Shown one piece after another: positions 51,359 through 62,382 of a stretch of DNA of 64,000 bases. Under the pieces are notes generated by a model. That model did no database searches. It saw nothing but the letters and a program-made list of their open reading frames with translations, and was not told where the DNA came from. This DNA comes from Schizochytrium sp. TIO01 (taxonomy: Eukaryota; Protista; Bigyra: Labyrinthulomycetes). Within the stretch, counting starts at the first letter, position 1. Each line of letters starts with the position of its first letter. A program made the position numbers and the translations under genes. Location: positions 3,386,436-3,450,435 of the forward strand of contig SMSO01000031.1 in the NCBI GenBank assembly GCA_004764695.1. The letters are read 5' to 3'.

Positions 51359-54300
51359 TTACACCTTTAAACCCAGCCGCCGGTAATAGTTGCAACGAAG
51401 TTCAAAGGATTGCACTTCTCTGGATTTACGAAGGTATGGACGAATCTGCTTGACCCCACTGGTGTCAAAATGAGGGAGATTATTTGGAGCTACTCGCTCC
51501 ACAGAAATTGTTAAGGAATCATGAACACTCCGTAGGACTTCCTTAGAAAGCTGCTTGATTCTCGATTTAGAGTGTGTTGATGCTACTCGCTTTGCTTCGG
51601 ATTCCCTTCTTTGAGAATCTTGAAGGGCTCGAACAACATTTGACTCTTCAAGCTTTGGCCCACGTCGCCGTCTGGATTTTTTTTTGCCAATACTTTTTTT
51701 AGAAATACTGGACTTTCGTGAAGATGTTTCTTGAAAAACATCGTGTTCCTCAAGAAGCGCACGAATCAACCGTTCGCGATGCCCTATTTTCGATATGCCC
51801 ATCTCTTTCAGAGTTTCTTTGAATTCTTTCTTATCTCGCAGACACATTTTGACAAGAAGTTGAACATCAGTGAGCTCTTCTTCAATGAACCTAGGGAGAA
51901 GGTTCTCCATCTCAAGATTTCGCAAGAAGAGAGCAATTTCACCAGAGCTTTGCGCAGAAGATGATATCACTGAAGATGAGGATGTTGAGATTACTCCAGT
52001 GGTGGCAGTAGTCTCGCTTGCATCACTAGGAATCATGTCGTGTCTTTGGAGGTGTTTGTGAAAGCTTGAAGCTGAGGAAGCTAGTAGAGGGGATGTAAAG
52101 GAAGACTGCTCATCACTTTCTGGCCCTGGTGTCTCGGGTATTTCAAATGAGCTCAGATTTCTCATCCTTTTTGAATGTGTAAAGGTATTTGCCTTGTATG
52201 TATCTTGGGAGCAGACGGAGTTGGAGGATGAAGACGGTGACAGTGAGGACATCTTCCAGGTGTTTACGTATCCTGCAGAGAGCGGCGTACATGTTGAAGT
52301 TGTTGGCACTTCGGTACCACGGCGCTGCCAGTCTCGAGCACCCACCGAGAGGCGCGCGCTTATTGAAAGGTAATCTTCGCTGTTCAGACGAGTTCGAGAT
52401 GGCTGGTTAGCAAGTGGTCCAAGACTGTCTCGACCGATTTCGCCCCCATCAATGGTTTCTGCGGTTGAATTAAATGATTTTTCCATGCCATGGTGCCGTA
52501 AACGCTTCTGCTCTCTCAATGCCTGCTGTCGCCAAGCGCAGAGCGCACTGTCCCCAGATGAAACTGAGTCTGATTTTGGTCTTGTACCTAGGCCTTCTTC
52601 CATGTTGGGCGGTTTGCGAATACAAAAACTACTTGATTCGTCTAAAGTTTTGGAAACTGCATCCTTGTCTTCGTCTTTATTTCCATATTCATTTCCATTT
52701 TCAAAGTCATCATCTTCGAAATTTTCTTCAGCGTTGAAACCAATTTCGGAGCAAGATACGGTTGAACATTCATCTCCTGGAACCTCTTCCATTTCAATGC
52801 CATTCTCAACACATGGCATAGCGTCCAAATCTTCAAGTCTCTGACCGGCGCTACCAAGACTGTAAATGCTTTCGTCACATGCGAGAGGGTCGAACTTTTC
52901 ATCATCCTGATTGAAATCCGAAAACTGCTCTGGAGTAGGAGGCAGGGGAACTGGTGACCGCAACCAATGAAAGCCAAGGGACCTTGTACTTTCTGGTGTT
53001 GCACAACCAGTCATACAAGGTTTAATTGCTTCTTGCTCACGTTGGTAGCGCTGGGCTCGCAGATACTCTGAGAGCGGGCTTGCGCGCCGAAAGTTTCCAT
53101 TCGCAGCTCTGCGCACAGACGCTAACGTTGGCCGCATATCTTCTTTGTCATCAATACTTTCTTTACAGAAAGCAGTTTCACTTTTGGCCGAGACGAAGGG
53201 AGCTCCATGATCTGGAAATGGTGAGTCGGGACTTGCGTGCTCATTATAATCCGATTTAACCAGTGTTGTGGCACTATGAGAAATCCCATTTTTTTCTCCC
53301 TCATGTGCCAGGTACTCAGCTGAACTAATAGAAGCCCTCGAGCTACTTTCTTCTTCGTTGTCGTCGTCGCTTTGTTCAGCATTTATGCGGCGAGATAGAT
53401 GTGAGCGATTGCGACGAGCTCCTGTAGATGAAGAGCGTGGCGGTCTTAGTCTTGCAAGACTTGCCTGGACGCGGGCTGGGCTTCCCATAACACGACGGAC
53501 AACATCATCATCAACTTCAAGGTGTTGCTCAAGAAGATGCTTAATGATAGATTGGGGTGAAAGAACCCCTTGCGCACTGTCGTTTTGCTGTGCGCTAGCA
53601 ACGAGGCGGTTGACAGCTTGCTGTGGGCGGTATTCCCGGACTAAATCTGCCACTTTTGTTGTAAGCGCATTTCGAAAAAGAGCCTGAAAGGCTGCTTTCT
53701 TTTGTGCAAACGACGCTTTGTTAACAAGACGACCAACTAGTGACTGCCTTCTCTTTCTTCTAGTTGCTGTCATACTCCATGTTTGAAAGACCTCCCGGAG
53801 GCAGCGTAAACGCCTATTGCGAGCAAAGTTCCTTGAGAGAAGGTCCAAGAGACGCTCATTGACTTTCCGGCTAGGTGAAGCTCTTTGCTTCAGCTTTGAC
53901 CAGGCAAAGTTTAACCAGTGTCTCTTAATGAGACTGTGCACTCGCACGAGGATGGCTTGGCGTCTTCGGAAATGCGACGGAACTCTGCGTGGTCCAAAGT
54001 AGTCTAATGCTACGCTCTGCGCAAATTCGTACTGAGTTGGGTCGCACAGGTGGTCGAGATGCTCAAACTTTTCATCACTTCCCGTGATGAAGCAGTCAAA
54101 CACAAATCGCGAGTCAAAGTACAGTGTGATGTCGTTAACATCCTCAACTACCTGCGCCTTCACTGGCCCGTGTACGAACTGGGGAGCAAGCTCCGTCTCG
54201 AACCATTCAATCACTGATTTCCTCGGGTTGACTTTGGCCTCAAGTCTATGCTGCTCTGTCACCCGCATTGGGGTCTCTCCAATGATCACCTCAACTTCGG

Positions 54301-54394
54301 CTCGGCATCCTGTCGTTGCCAATCGCTTGTTCTTGCGCACTCGTGCAAGTACCTGAACAGGGTCTTTTTCCAAGACACTGGTCATGGCCATCAT
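51359..54394 (-). CDS. Uncharacterised 1011-aa protein with a SAM domain and long disordered Ser-rich regions
   Basis: IALFLRNLEMENLLPRFIEEELTDVQLL....FKETLKEMGISKIGHRERLIRAL is a SAM signature. Long uninterrupted ORF. Confidence 0.75.
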   Translation of the reverse strand: MMAMTSVLEKDPVQVLARVRKNKRLATTGCRAEVEVIIGETPMRVTEQHRLEAKVNPRKSVIEWFETELAPQFVHGPVKAQVVEDVNDITLYFDSRFVFDCFITGSDEKFEHLDHLCDPTQYEFAQSVALDYFGPRRVPSHFRRRQAILVRVHSLIKRHWLNFAWSKLKQRASPSRKVNERLLDLLSRNFARNRRLRCLREVFQTWSMTATRRKRRQSLVGRLVNKASFAQKKAAFQALFRNALTTKVADLVREYRPQQAVNRLVASAQQNDSAQGVLSPQSIIKHLLEQHLEVDDDVVRRVMGSPARVQASLARLRPPRSSSTGARRNRSHLSRRINAEQSDDDNEEESSSRASISSAEYLAHEGEKNGISHSATTLVKSDYNEHASPDSPFPDHGAPFVSAKSETAFCKESIDDKEDMRPTLASVRRAANGNFRRASPLSEYLRAQRYQREQEAIKPCMTGCATPESTRSLGFHWLRSPVPLPPTPEQFSDFNQDDEKFDPLACDESIYSLGSAGQRLEDLDAMPCVENGIEMEEVPGDECSTVSCSEIGFNAEENFEDDDFENGNEYGNKDEDKDAVSKTLDESSSFCIRKPPNMEEGLGTRPKSDSVSSGDSALCAWRQQALREQKRLRHHGMEKSFNSTAETIDGGEIGRDSLGPLANQPSRTRLNSEDYLSISARLSVGARDWQRRGTEVPTTSTCTPLSAGYVNTWKMSSLSPSSSSNSVCSQDTYKANTFTHSKRMRNLSSFEIPETPGPESDEQSSFTSPLLASSASSFHKHLQRHDMIPSDASETTATTGVISTSSSSVISSSAQSSGEIALFLRNLEMENLLPRFIEEELTDVQLLVKMCLRDKKEFKETLKEMGISKIGHRERLIRALLEEHDVFQETSSRKSSISKKSIGKKKSRRRRGPKLEESNVVRALQDSQRRESEAKRVASTHSKSRIKQLSKEVLRSVHDSLTISVERVAPNNLPHFDTSGVKQIRPYLRKSREVQSFELRCNYYRRLGLKV

Positions 54395-54652
54395 GGTCCC
54401 TCAATCTTCAATCTTCCGCACACTCTGCCACTCAAACGAAGAACCCGTTCAGGAGTTCGACTCCCGGCGCGGGAGGAAGACGACTACCGCGCCGCAAGCC
54501 CGATTTCCAAGCGCCCGCTGCGATTTACTGCACCAAGAACCGGTTATGCTGCGAGCACAAGCGATCGATAACAAACGAAACCTGGACTTGAGCTCGAACT
54601 TGAGCCAATCGGAATCGACAATGAACGTTTGTTTTTAACTTGAAAAGTCGTT

Positions 54653-54686
<34 letters not shown>

Positions 54687-54972
54687 TAAAGTCCTTTACG
54701 TTCAAGCTTTTAATAATTATTATACGGATAGTCTTTCATTGCAATTTTTCGTCATAAACAATCGATCACTGATTCTTTCTTTCTCGCCGTCGTTATTATC
54801 CAGCTACCCGAAGACGAACTTGCTTCCTTTCTCTAACGAGTCCCCTTCGCGCCGCTAAAGATGCCGCTAAAGGTCCTCTTCATCAGAACAACAGTGACAA
54901 CAGTGCGTTCGCAGAGGTCGAAGAGGAAGAGCCCAAACTGAGTTGTCGTCAAGATCATCAAAACCACTGTTG

Positions 54973-55107
54973 AAACAAACAAACAAACCAATACAAACAA
55001 ACAAACAAACAAACAAACAAACAAACAAACAAACAAACAAACAAACAAACAAACAAACAAACAAACAAACAAACAAACAAACAAACAAACAAACAAACAA
55101 ACAAACA

Positions 55108-55140
<33 letters not shown>
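54973..55140. repeat. (AAAC)n followed by (AATC)n compound microsatellite
   Basis: Directly visible. Confidence 0.97.
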
Positions 55141-55141
<1 letters not shown>

Positions 55142-55447
55142 TAATTAGTTAATTTTCACTCTGGTATCTTCTTCTTCTTACTAATTAATAATTAATATAC
55201 GGCCATTGCGCGTGAGTGACTCTTTTCCGCAACTGCTCACAACAAAAGAGCTCAATGCCTTTCATTCCATACAAATCCAGAAACCTATCATGCATGTATG
55301 TATGTAGACAGCTGCAGACGAAACAGGCGATGCCGCCGCTGGTGGCGTTCTCGGAGCCGGCCTCTGTGTCCTTGGCCGCCTCGCTCAAGATCAGCGTCGA
55401 GACGGCCAAAGCAGAGGAAACCAAACCAATGCAAAGCAAAGTCACCG

Positions 55448-55449
<2 letters not shown>

Positions 55450-55478
<29 letters not shown>
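55450..55478. repeat. (GATT)n microsatellite
   Basis: Directly visible. Confidence 0.9.
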
Positions 55479-55479
<1 letters not shown>

Positions 55480-56168
55480 GAAATAGAAATCATTTTCCTT
55501 TTCCTTTTCCCTTTCTCGTTTTTGACGACGATAGATAACGAAAGAAAGAACTGAAATGCAATGCAAACCAACCAACCTCTGCAAATGCCAAACCGTGTCG
55601 CAGGCTCTCGCGTAGAAAGAGGCCTTCAAAGGCGGCGGCGAGCTCCTCTTGGGGCTCTAAATCAAGGCCCCAGAATCGACTCGGGAGCTCCGGTGTCTTG
55701 AAAGAACCAGGGTTGAAGACCGTAGTTTGGGCATGCATTAACTGTCTTTTTCCATGATCGTAACAATTTTTATTCCAAAGATATTATTTTCAGTTAAACA
55801 CTAAATGAAGTGAATATAAAATAACAAAATAAACATATGCAGAGAGAGAGAGAGATATCTATTTTGTTGTCAGAAAGAAAAAGAAGAAAAAGAAGTACTC
55901 ACTCACTTCAGCAAAATGCTCTTTCAGGATTCCAAGATTAACTTTACGAAAGCATTTGTCGTTCCGCAAGACGAAGGAAGCGTGGCAGGCACTTGAGCAA
56001 AGATAATCACCGGTTTGGCGTGGCCCAGGTCTTCTTGCTTGCAAGAGGGGACCCGGGAGCCGCAACACTGGACCGGAGATACGTAGTCCCGCGAGGATCC
56101 GGTTTCTGAGAAAAGTCTTTCTTTCTCTCTTAGGTCGACTCCTGCCTTTTTTCTCCCTTATTCTTATT

Positions 56169-56474
56169 AACAAACAAACAAACAAACAAACAAACAAACA
56201 AACAAACAAACAAACAAACAAACAAACAAACAAACAAACAAACAAACAAACAAACAAACAAACAAACAAACAAACAAACAAACAAACAAACAAACAAACA
56301 AACAAACAAACAAACAAACAAACAAACAAACAAACAAACAAACAAACAAACAAACAAACAAACAAACAAACAAACAAACAAACAAACAAACAAACAAACA
56401 AACAAACAAACAAACAAACAAACAAACAAACAAACAAACAAACAAACAAACAAACAAACAAACAAACAAACAAA
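56169..56474. repeat. (AAAC)n microsatellite, about 76 units
   Basis: Perfect run. It explains the FVCL/KQTN ORFs. Confidence 0.98.
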
Positions 56475-57019
56475 AAGCTCTCAATTGAAAAGCAAAGCTC
56501 TTTATTTTCACAAATAAGAAAAGGTAAGAAAAGGTAAGAAAAGATAAGAAAAGAAAAGGAAAGGAAAAAGAGAAAAAGAAGAAGAAGAAGAAGACCTGCT
56601 ATTTGTAAGGAGAGGCAGGAAGGTCTTTCAAACATGTACGGAAACCTAACAAAAAGGATACCCGAATAACGAATATGATGGATGAAAACAAACTGCCATA
56701 AATGAGAGGACTTAATTGGGGTTTACAACTTCTTCCCTTCAAAGCGACGGATGCATCGGTGCGTATCCCGTCCACGATGGGAAAGAGCGCAGTCAAAGGC
56801 GCTGAGCACTCAATCCTCGTGCAGGAAAGAAACCTCCGATGAAAGCTCCACCGGTTCCCGCTCCGTCGCCTTTGGCGTCTTGCTTCTATGGTGCTCTCGC
56901 GGCCTTTGGGAGCCTTGTGCGGCTCCTTCGCGTCGCTCTTCTAAACGCTGGCCAAGATCTCGCTTGCGACGGTTGCACATGCCTGAACAATCGATCAATT
57001 AATTGCGATTGATTCATTC

Positions 57020-57292
57020 ATCGATTGTTTGATTTATCGATTGTTTGATTTATCGATTGTTTGATTTATCGATTGTTTGATTTATCGATTGATTGACTGA
57101 TTGATTGACTGATTGATTGACTGATTGACTGACTGATTGATTGATTGATTGAATGATCAAAATTACTTCATCGATCACTTCATCGATCACTTCATCAATC
57201 ACTTCACCGATTGCTTCATCGATTACTTCATCGATCACTCCATCGACCACTCCATCGATCACTCCATCGATTACTTCATCGATCGATCGATC
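57020..57292. repeat. Compound minisatellite: (ATCGATTGTTTGATTT)4, then (GATT/GACT)n, then ~10 degenerate copies of ATCGATCACTTC
   Basis: Directly visible units of 16, 4 and 12 nt. Confidence 0.9.
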
Positions 57293-57632
57293 GGTTGTTC
57301 AAGTTCTGGGGCACTCCCCGCGGTCGTTAGATTCCTCGCGCGCCTTGAGCGCCGGGTTTCCAGCTGACCTGCGGCAGTCTGCTCGACCCGGCTCCGCCTA
57401 AAATCCGCACGCGGCCTGCAGAGCGCCACGCCAGAGGTTTTCGCTGCTCAGGAGCTCACTCGTCTACCAGCTAGTTCGAGAGGCGTTTGCAAGAGCTCTG
57501 CGCTGCATATTGGGCTCGGCCTGGCTCGAGATGCACGCACGTACGCCAGTCGAACCATCGTAAAGGACGATCAATCTAAGTGCCGGTTTGTTTGCAATTT
57601 GTATGTCTGTGGTTTCTCTTCTGACCTCGCCG

Positions 57633-57670
57633 TGAAAGACCTGAAAGACCCGAAAGACCCGAAAGACCCG
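57633..57670. repeat. (GAAAGACCY)4 tandem repeat
   Basis: Directly visible. Confidence 0.8.
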
Positions 57671-58562
57671 TTTCGTCTCGTCCCATACTGAGCTGGGACG
57701 AAGAAGCATAGCTCTGCGAGGGCTCTGCGAGGGCTCCTCGAAGACGTTTGCCATCATGGCCCACGGCTCCGTGCGCAACAAACGCCTCCACGCCTTGCGC
57801 GTTTGCAGCTTAGGTAGTTGGTATTCAGATACATGGGTTTAGAATTTCGAAGATTGCCCTAGATGGAAATTGGAAGTCGACCAAAGAGAGGGTCCGGCCC
57901 CGAGTACTTGTCGTGTTCGTCTTCGACGTCGCCTTTTTCGCTCGGATGTTGGCCTTTTGACTAGCTGCTCATATCCAATAACGATGGTTGCTAGCTGCTT
58001 GAGAAATCTTACTACACTGAAGCTCCAGATCTACATGTGTTGGGGGAAATCACCGCGGCGGGAGGATATAACCGCCGCAGTGAAGCAAATTCCAGGAGCA
58101 CTTTCTGCTGGTCCAATTGTGTGCGCTCCTTTCTCTGTAAACAATTTGGTTTGGGGTGACGATGTCAGAATAAATGGCTTTGCTATTCTTTCAAAAAACA
58201 AAACAAAAAAAGACTTGAACAAACGCCACTAGTGACTTGGACCGTTCGCTAAAAGAGGCGCGTAGGGCAGATTCTCGATTGTCAAACCAAGCGCAGGGAT
58301 GCGGAGCCAATCTTCCGGTGATGATGAATATTGGACTCGTATTTAAAGAGCTCTGGGAAAGGAAATGTACGGAGGTGTGTAATGCAAGCGACCCGAGACA
58401 ACTTCTCGCCTAACGACCACGCTGGGGCAATATAATCAATTTGATTATTTACAGGATATCATATCATACTACTTACTATTCATAAACAGAAATAAACAGA
58501 AAAGCGATGTTACAGTCACAAAACTACTCTTATTGACACATGATTCTCGAAGAAGAGATTGT

Positions 58563-60872
58563 TCATGATGGGAATTGACCTTGCTTCACAGAAGGTATCG
58601 TTAATGTCAATGCCACACACTCCCGACATGCAGAGATCGACAAGCAGTGGTGAAGATGGGTTGCATACGCATACGTTGGAATTATTGTCACCTTGGCTTT
58701 GCATAAAGGACAGGCATAAAGCGATTTTGCGCAAGCAACATGGAGAGGTACTCCAGAACAACCACACGATAGTGCTGCACCTTTCGCAATCAATACACTA
58801 TGCGGTTTAATTTTTTGGCCACGAATTGGAAGCGCACAGGCAACACAGCATCCCAGAAGGAAAGAGTTGTGAATTGGATGCGTGATGCGATCAAGCAGAG
58901 ACTGAGCGGCCTCATCTATATCTTCAGGATATCGATAGCGACGTAGCCACAGATCATCAATATACACATCACGTCGAGCAAAATCGCCATGTTCCTGCAT
59001 CCAGGTCTCATCAGATGGAGCAAAAAGCCATGCTTTGATTGCCTTCATAACCGAATCGCGAGATTGCAAATGATCAAAAAACTCGGGGGCCATTTTTCGA
59101 ATGGTTGGATAATGTCTTGCAGGAACCATGGGAAAATCATGATGTTCCACATGCTGCAGTTCTCCAAAATTTGCATACTGCCAAATGCAAGAACCCGTGT
59201 AAGATATGGTTGGCTGAGGTTGAAGTTTGAGTAGCTGTTCGAGTGATAGCGCATCCGAATACTGTGTAATTTCTTCATCTAACTCCGGACTACGCCATGT
59301 ATTCTCATGCTGAATGAGCCAGAATCCAAAGTAAGGGTGGCAACCTCCGCCATGTGAGAATGCGCCTGAAAACCAAACATAGATGAGAGCATAAAGCCCT
59401 CCAATTCTCCACGCGATAATTTGGGCAATCAACATGAGCCCTTCATATTGGATCATCGGTCGATGGGCTCGATCAAGCAGAATCTTTCGAACGCAAAACA
59501 TAATGTACATGAACATCGGTACAAATGACGCCCAGAAAAGTCGTTTCGGCCAAGAGTTCGACAAATCCAGGTTAAACTTATAAAACTTGTCCCCTCGATC
59601 CATGAATTCTCGAATCATTTCAGAATGATCAGCTGCTAAAGCTTCGTCTTCAAAAAACTCTGACCATCGTTTCAAAATAACGCGAGACTTTTTGGGACGT
59701 GTCATGTTTATTGTGAATTGAACATGTGGAGGTGAATACCATGGTTGGAAAAGAATATCCCCGTCCCGATCCATATCAGTACCAGTAAAAGCGTGATGGA
59801 CTGCATGATAGTTTTGATAGTACATTGCCCAAGGAAATACGCAAAGAGTCGATGCGATAGTCATCGCAAGATACCTCAATCCTGGATGCCGTGTGACATG
59901 ACTTAAGTCATGGTTCAAAGCTTGAAAGCCATACACCGCAGCAGCTCCAACAGTTGCTGATAATAGAAGCGAAACAATGTAGCTTTTCAAATATGAAACA
60001 AGAATTCCTGTCGACACGTGAATACTGTAAATGAATAGTAACATTATGGCTTCCCAAAAACCATCTCCGGGGTTCCCGGAACGCGATTCATAAAGGCTTC
60101 TAATCTTTGGATACCGCTCCAGAATGACCTTCCTGCGCACACGGTGCCAGTCGGCAGTACTGAAGGTCATTTCAATATCTGGCGGTGGGGCCAAGGTCAT
60201 TGAAGGTAACTCCTCACCTTTGCACTGAAACTCACTTTCTAAGACCTTTACACACGCCCTGATATCCTCTTCCCCAAGTTTGTCTGCGCCAATCAGGACC
60301 ATAATGTACGCACGAAGTTGCAGACATCTTGCCACTGCCATTTTATCATTTTGTCGTTTAATAATCTTGTCACACAGAAACAGAACAGACATTAGGTGAC
60401 CCAGTGATAGCTGTGCTTCCGCCATCATGAGCTCTACTCGATCCTTTAAATCACTAATCCACTGGACTGTCTCTGTTGCGTCCTTTCCTGGGATTTTCTT
60501 CTCCTCCAGACTCTTTTCTAAATCTTGAAGTGCAGTACGAGCCCACTTCCCGAGGTACACGCACTTTTGATACATACCACTTCCTTGAAAACGTTCCATC
60601 TCATGAATAACGCGATTTACGTTGCGTTTGCATTTTTTGTAAGGTAAATTGACCTTGGCAAGGCGCTGCCATGCCGACACCGATATGCCGGTCAGACTGA
60701 CCTTCCGCAGCGGCGTTGCCTCCGGAAGCATCTCCTCGTCCCCTTCGGCTGCAAGATTTTCAAGGCCTAGAGTACCAGATCTCAAGATTTCCAATTCAGG
60801 AACATCAGAATCATCGCTAGAAGCCGAGTCTGAGGCCTCTACAATGGCCTCAATGGTAGCATTCTTCTCCAT
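58563..60872 (-). CDS. Sphingolipid Delta4-desaturase (DES1/DEGS)-like membrane desaturase with N-terminal TPR-like helices and a C-terminal RING-like zinc finger, 769 aa
   Basis: His boxes HDLSH, HAVHH, HVEHH. DEGS-like segments WHRVRRKVILERYPKIRSL, GGGCHPYFGFWLIQH, TISYTG, HHDFPMVP....PTIRKMAPEFFDHL. C-terminal CVAC-x23-CGC-x5-HVAC-x6-CPLC. Confidence 0.85.
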   Translation of the reverse strand: MEKNATIEAIVEASDSASSDDSDVPELEILRSGTLGLENLAAEGDEEMLPEATPLRKVSLTGISVSAWQRLAKVNLPYKKCKRNVNRVIHEMERFQGSGMYQKCVYLGKWARTALQDLEKSLEEKKIPGKDATETVQWISDLKDRVELMMAEAQLSLGHLMSVLFLCDKIIKRQNDKMAVARCLQLRAYIMVLIGADKLGEEDIRACVKVLESEFQCKGEELPSMTLAPPPDIEMTFSTADWHRVRRKVILERYPKIRSLYESRSGNPGDGFWEAIMLLFIYSIHVSTGILVSYLKSYIVSLLLSATVGAAAVYGFQALNHDLSHVTRHPGLRYLAMTIASTLCVFPWAMYYQNYHAVHHAFTGTDMDRDGDILFQPWYSPPHVQFTINMTRPKKSRVILKRWSEFFEDEALAADHSEMIREFMDRGDKFYKFNLDLSNSWPKRLFWASFVPMFMYIMFCVRKILLDRAHRPMIQYEGLMLIAQIIAWRIGGLYALIYVWFSGAFSHGGGCHPYFGFWLIQHENTWRSPELDEEITQYSDALSLEQLLKLQPQPTISYTGSCIWQYANFGELQHVEHHDFPMVPARHYPTIRKMAPEFFDHLQSRDSVMKAIKAWLFAPSDETWMQEHGDFARRDVYIDDLWLRRYRYPEDIDEAAQSLLDRITHPIHNSFLLGCCVACALPIRGQKIKPHSVLIAKGAALSCGCSGVPLHVACAKSLYACPLCKAKVTIIPTYAYATHLHHCLSISACRECVALTLTIPSVKQGQFPS

Positions 60873-61281
60873 TGCAAGGAGCTGATGCCTTTATTCGTTC
60901 TTTTAAATTTGCCTGCTCTCGTAGTAGTCAGTCCTTCGCTATTGAGATTCTCCGATGCGGTCTCTTCGGTTGTGCACAATAGAGCCAAACGGCCTTCAAG
61001 CCAGACAACCCCAGGTCCTTTCACCCAGAAACCAAGCTCTTCCGAACTGGCCAGAGATCGAATTGAGGTGCCCACTAGCAGCAAACTTCGCCAGTGAGCT
61101 CGCCGGGCCTGAAGCAGTACTGCTACGATCAACTTGCAGTCGAATCAGGTAAAATTGCGCGCATTTTGCTGTCGAAGTTTCCGCTATGTCCGGTTAGTTA
61201 CTTCTAGAAAGAGTACTATGTAGAAGTTCTATAGTTTTACATAGATGGCAAATACTCTCGGAGTGCTCAGCGCAGGAGGCG

Positions 61282-61312
61282 CATTTGGTCATTTGGTCAT
61301 TTGGTCATTTGG
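61282..61312. repeat. (CATTTGGT)~4 tandem repeat
   Basis: Directly visible. Confidence 0.8.
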
Positions 61313-62382
61313 GCTATGAAAAAAATGCAAACTTGCGAGGAACGATGACAACGAAGATCGAAAGATGTTGAGTCCATTTCATAGGATTAGGTCTAGCAAG
61401 AGTAGTTTTTTAAACACTCACGAGGAGTGGCAGAAGTCTTATGAAAAGAGGAACCGAACCTTCAGATGAGTGTAATGTTCTGCAGGTTAGAAGCTTGTGC
61501 GTAGATATGACGTGAAGCTGGTTTAGATACCAATAATTAGGCAAGATATAGCGTGGGGGATTCCCTCAATCTCAATTATTGAGCAATTGCGTCGAAGGGA
61601 CGAATTTCCCTAAGTCTTCAATCAAGGAAAGGACTTAAATGCCCACAACATATGTGCCTCGACTTTGACAAAATGGCAAGCTCATAAACCAAGAGCAAGT
61701 CTAACAGGATTTACAATTATTTCACCCAAACTCGAAATTAGGGAATTCCAAGAGTCTTGCATTCTAGTGCGCAGTCTGTGGTATTACCTTTCCAACGCAC
61801 TAATCTTTCTATGAACTACAGCTTTTTTGCTAACTTGGCTTTTCCATCCCCCTGACAGACACCCATTCTCAAGACCAGAAACCACGACTGATTGCAACAG
61901 ACACCAATTGGAAAGAGTTTAAGTACCTCGGTGATACCACTCAAAGCACAAGTTCAACATCATTCTCAAAGCGCATCCCATTTGAGGTGAGATCTATAAG
62001 ACTACATAGAGGAGTCTTAGCTATCTCCCTTTTTTTCAACAAAAGGGTTTTTCCACTAACAGACTTAAAGTAAGGTTGTTATCATTCCTAGTTACTAGGC
62101 ACGCCCAGCAGAAACGGAGCGCAAACTCAAGTTTTTACCGTCTTTCGAATTCTCAGTTCCTCGAAGGCAGGCTCCAGACCTCGTGGACTGGCTCAGTACC
62201 GACCTCATTCTCTGCGTTACAGTTTTATTTAGCCAACAGGCGCACGCACTGTCGTACATGAGTTGAATTGGAGTTGTGTTCTTTTTCTTTGATCTCTGCA
62301 ACGTTCGCAGGGTATTATTGAAGTGGTTTTGCGCGCTCTAGATTCGCCATAAACCCGACGGTGACATTAAGTATCTCCAAGG

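Noticed and set aside
57020-57292. Possible CRISPR-like array
   Set aside because: The units are contiguous with no unique spacers, there are no cas genes, and the context is eukaryotic.
57660-57710. Hairpin TCGTCCCA...TGGGACGA with a GACGAAAC motif on the minus strand, suggesting a hammerhead ribozyme
   Set aside because: No CUGANGA core precedes the stem.
10182-60885. Many short antisense or alternative-frame ORFs overlapping the large genes
   Set aside because: They are shadow ORFs with no motifs.
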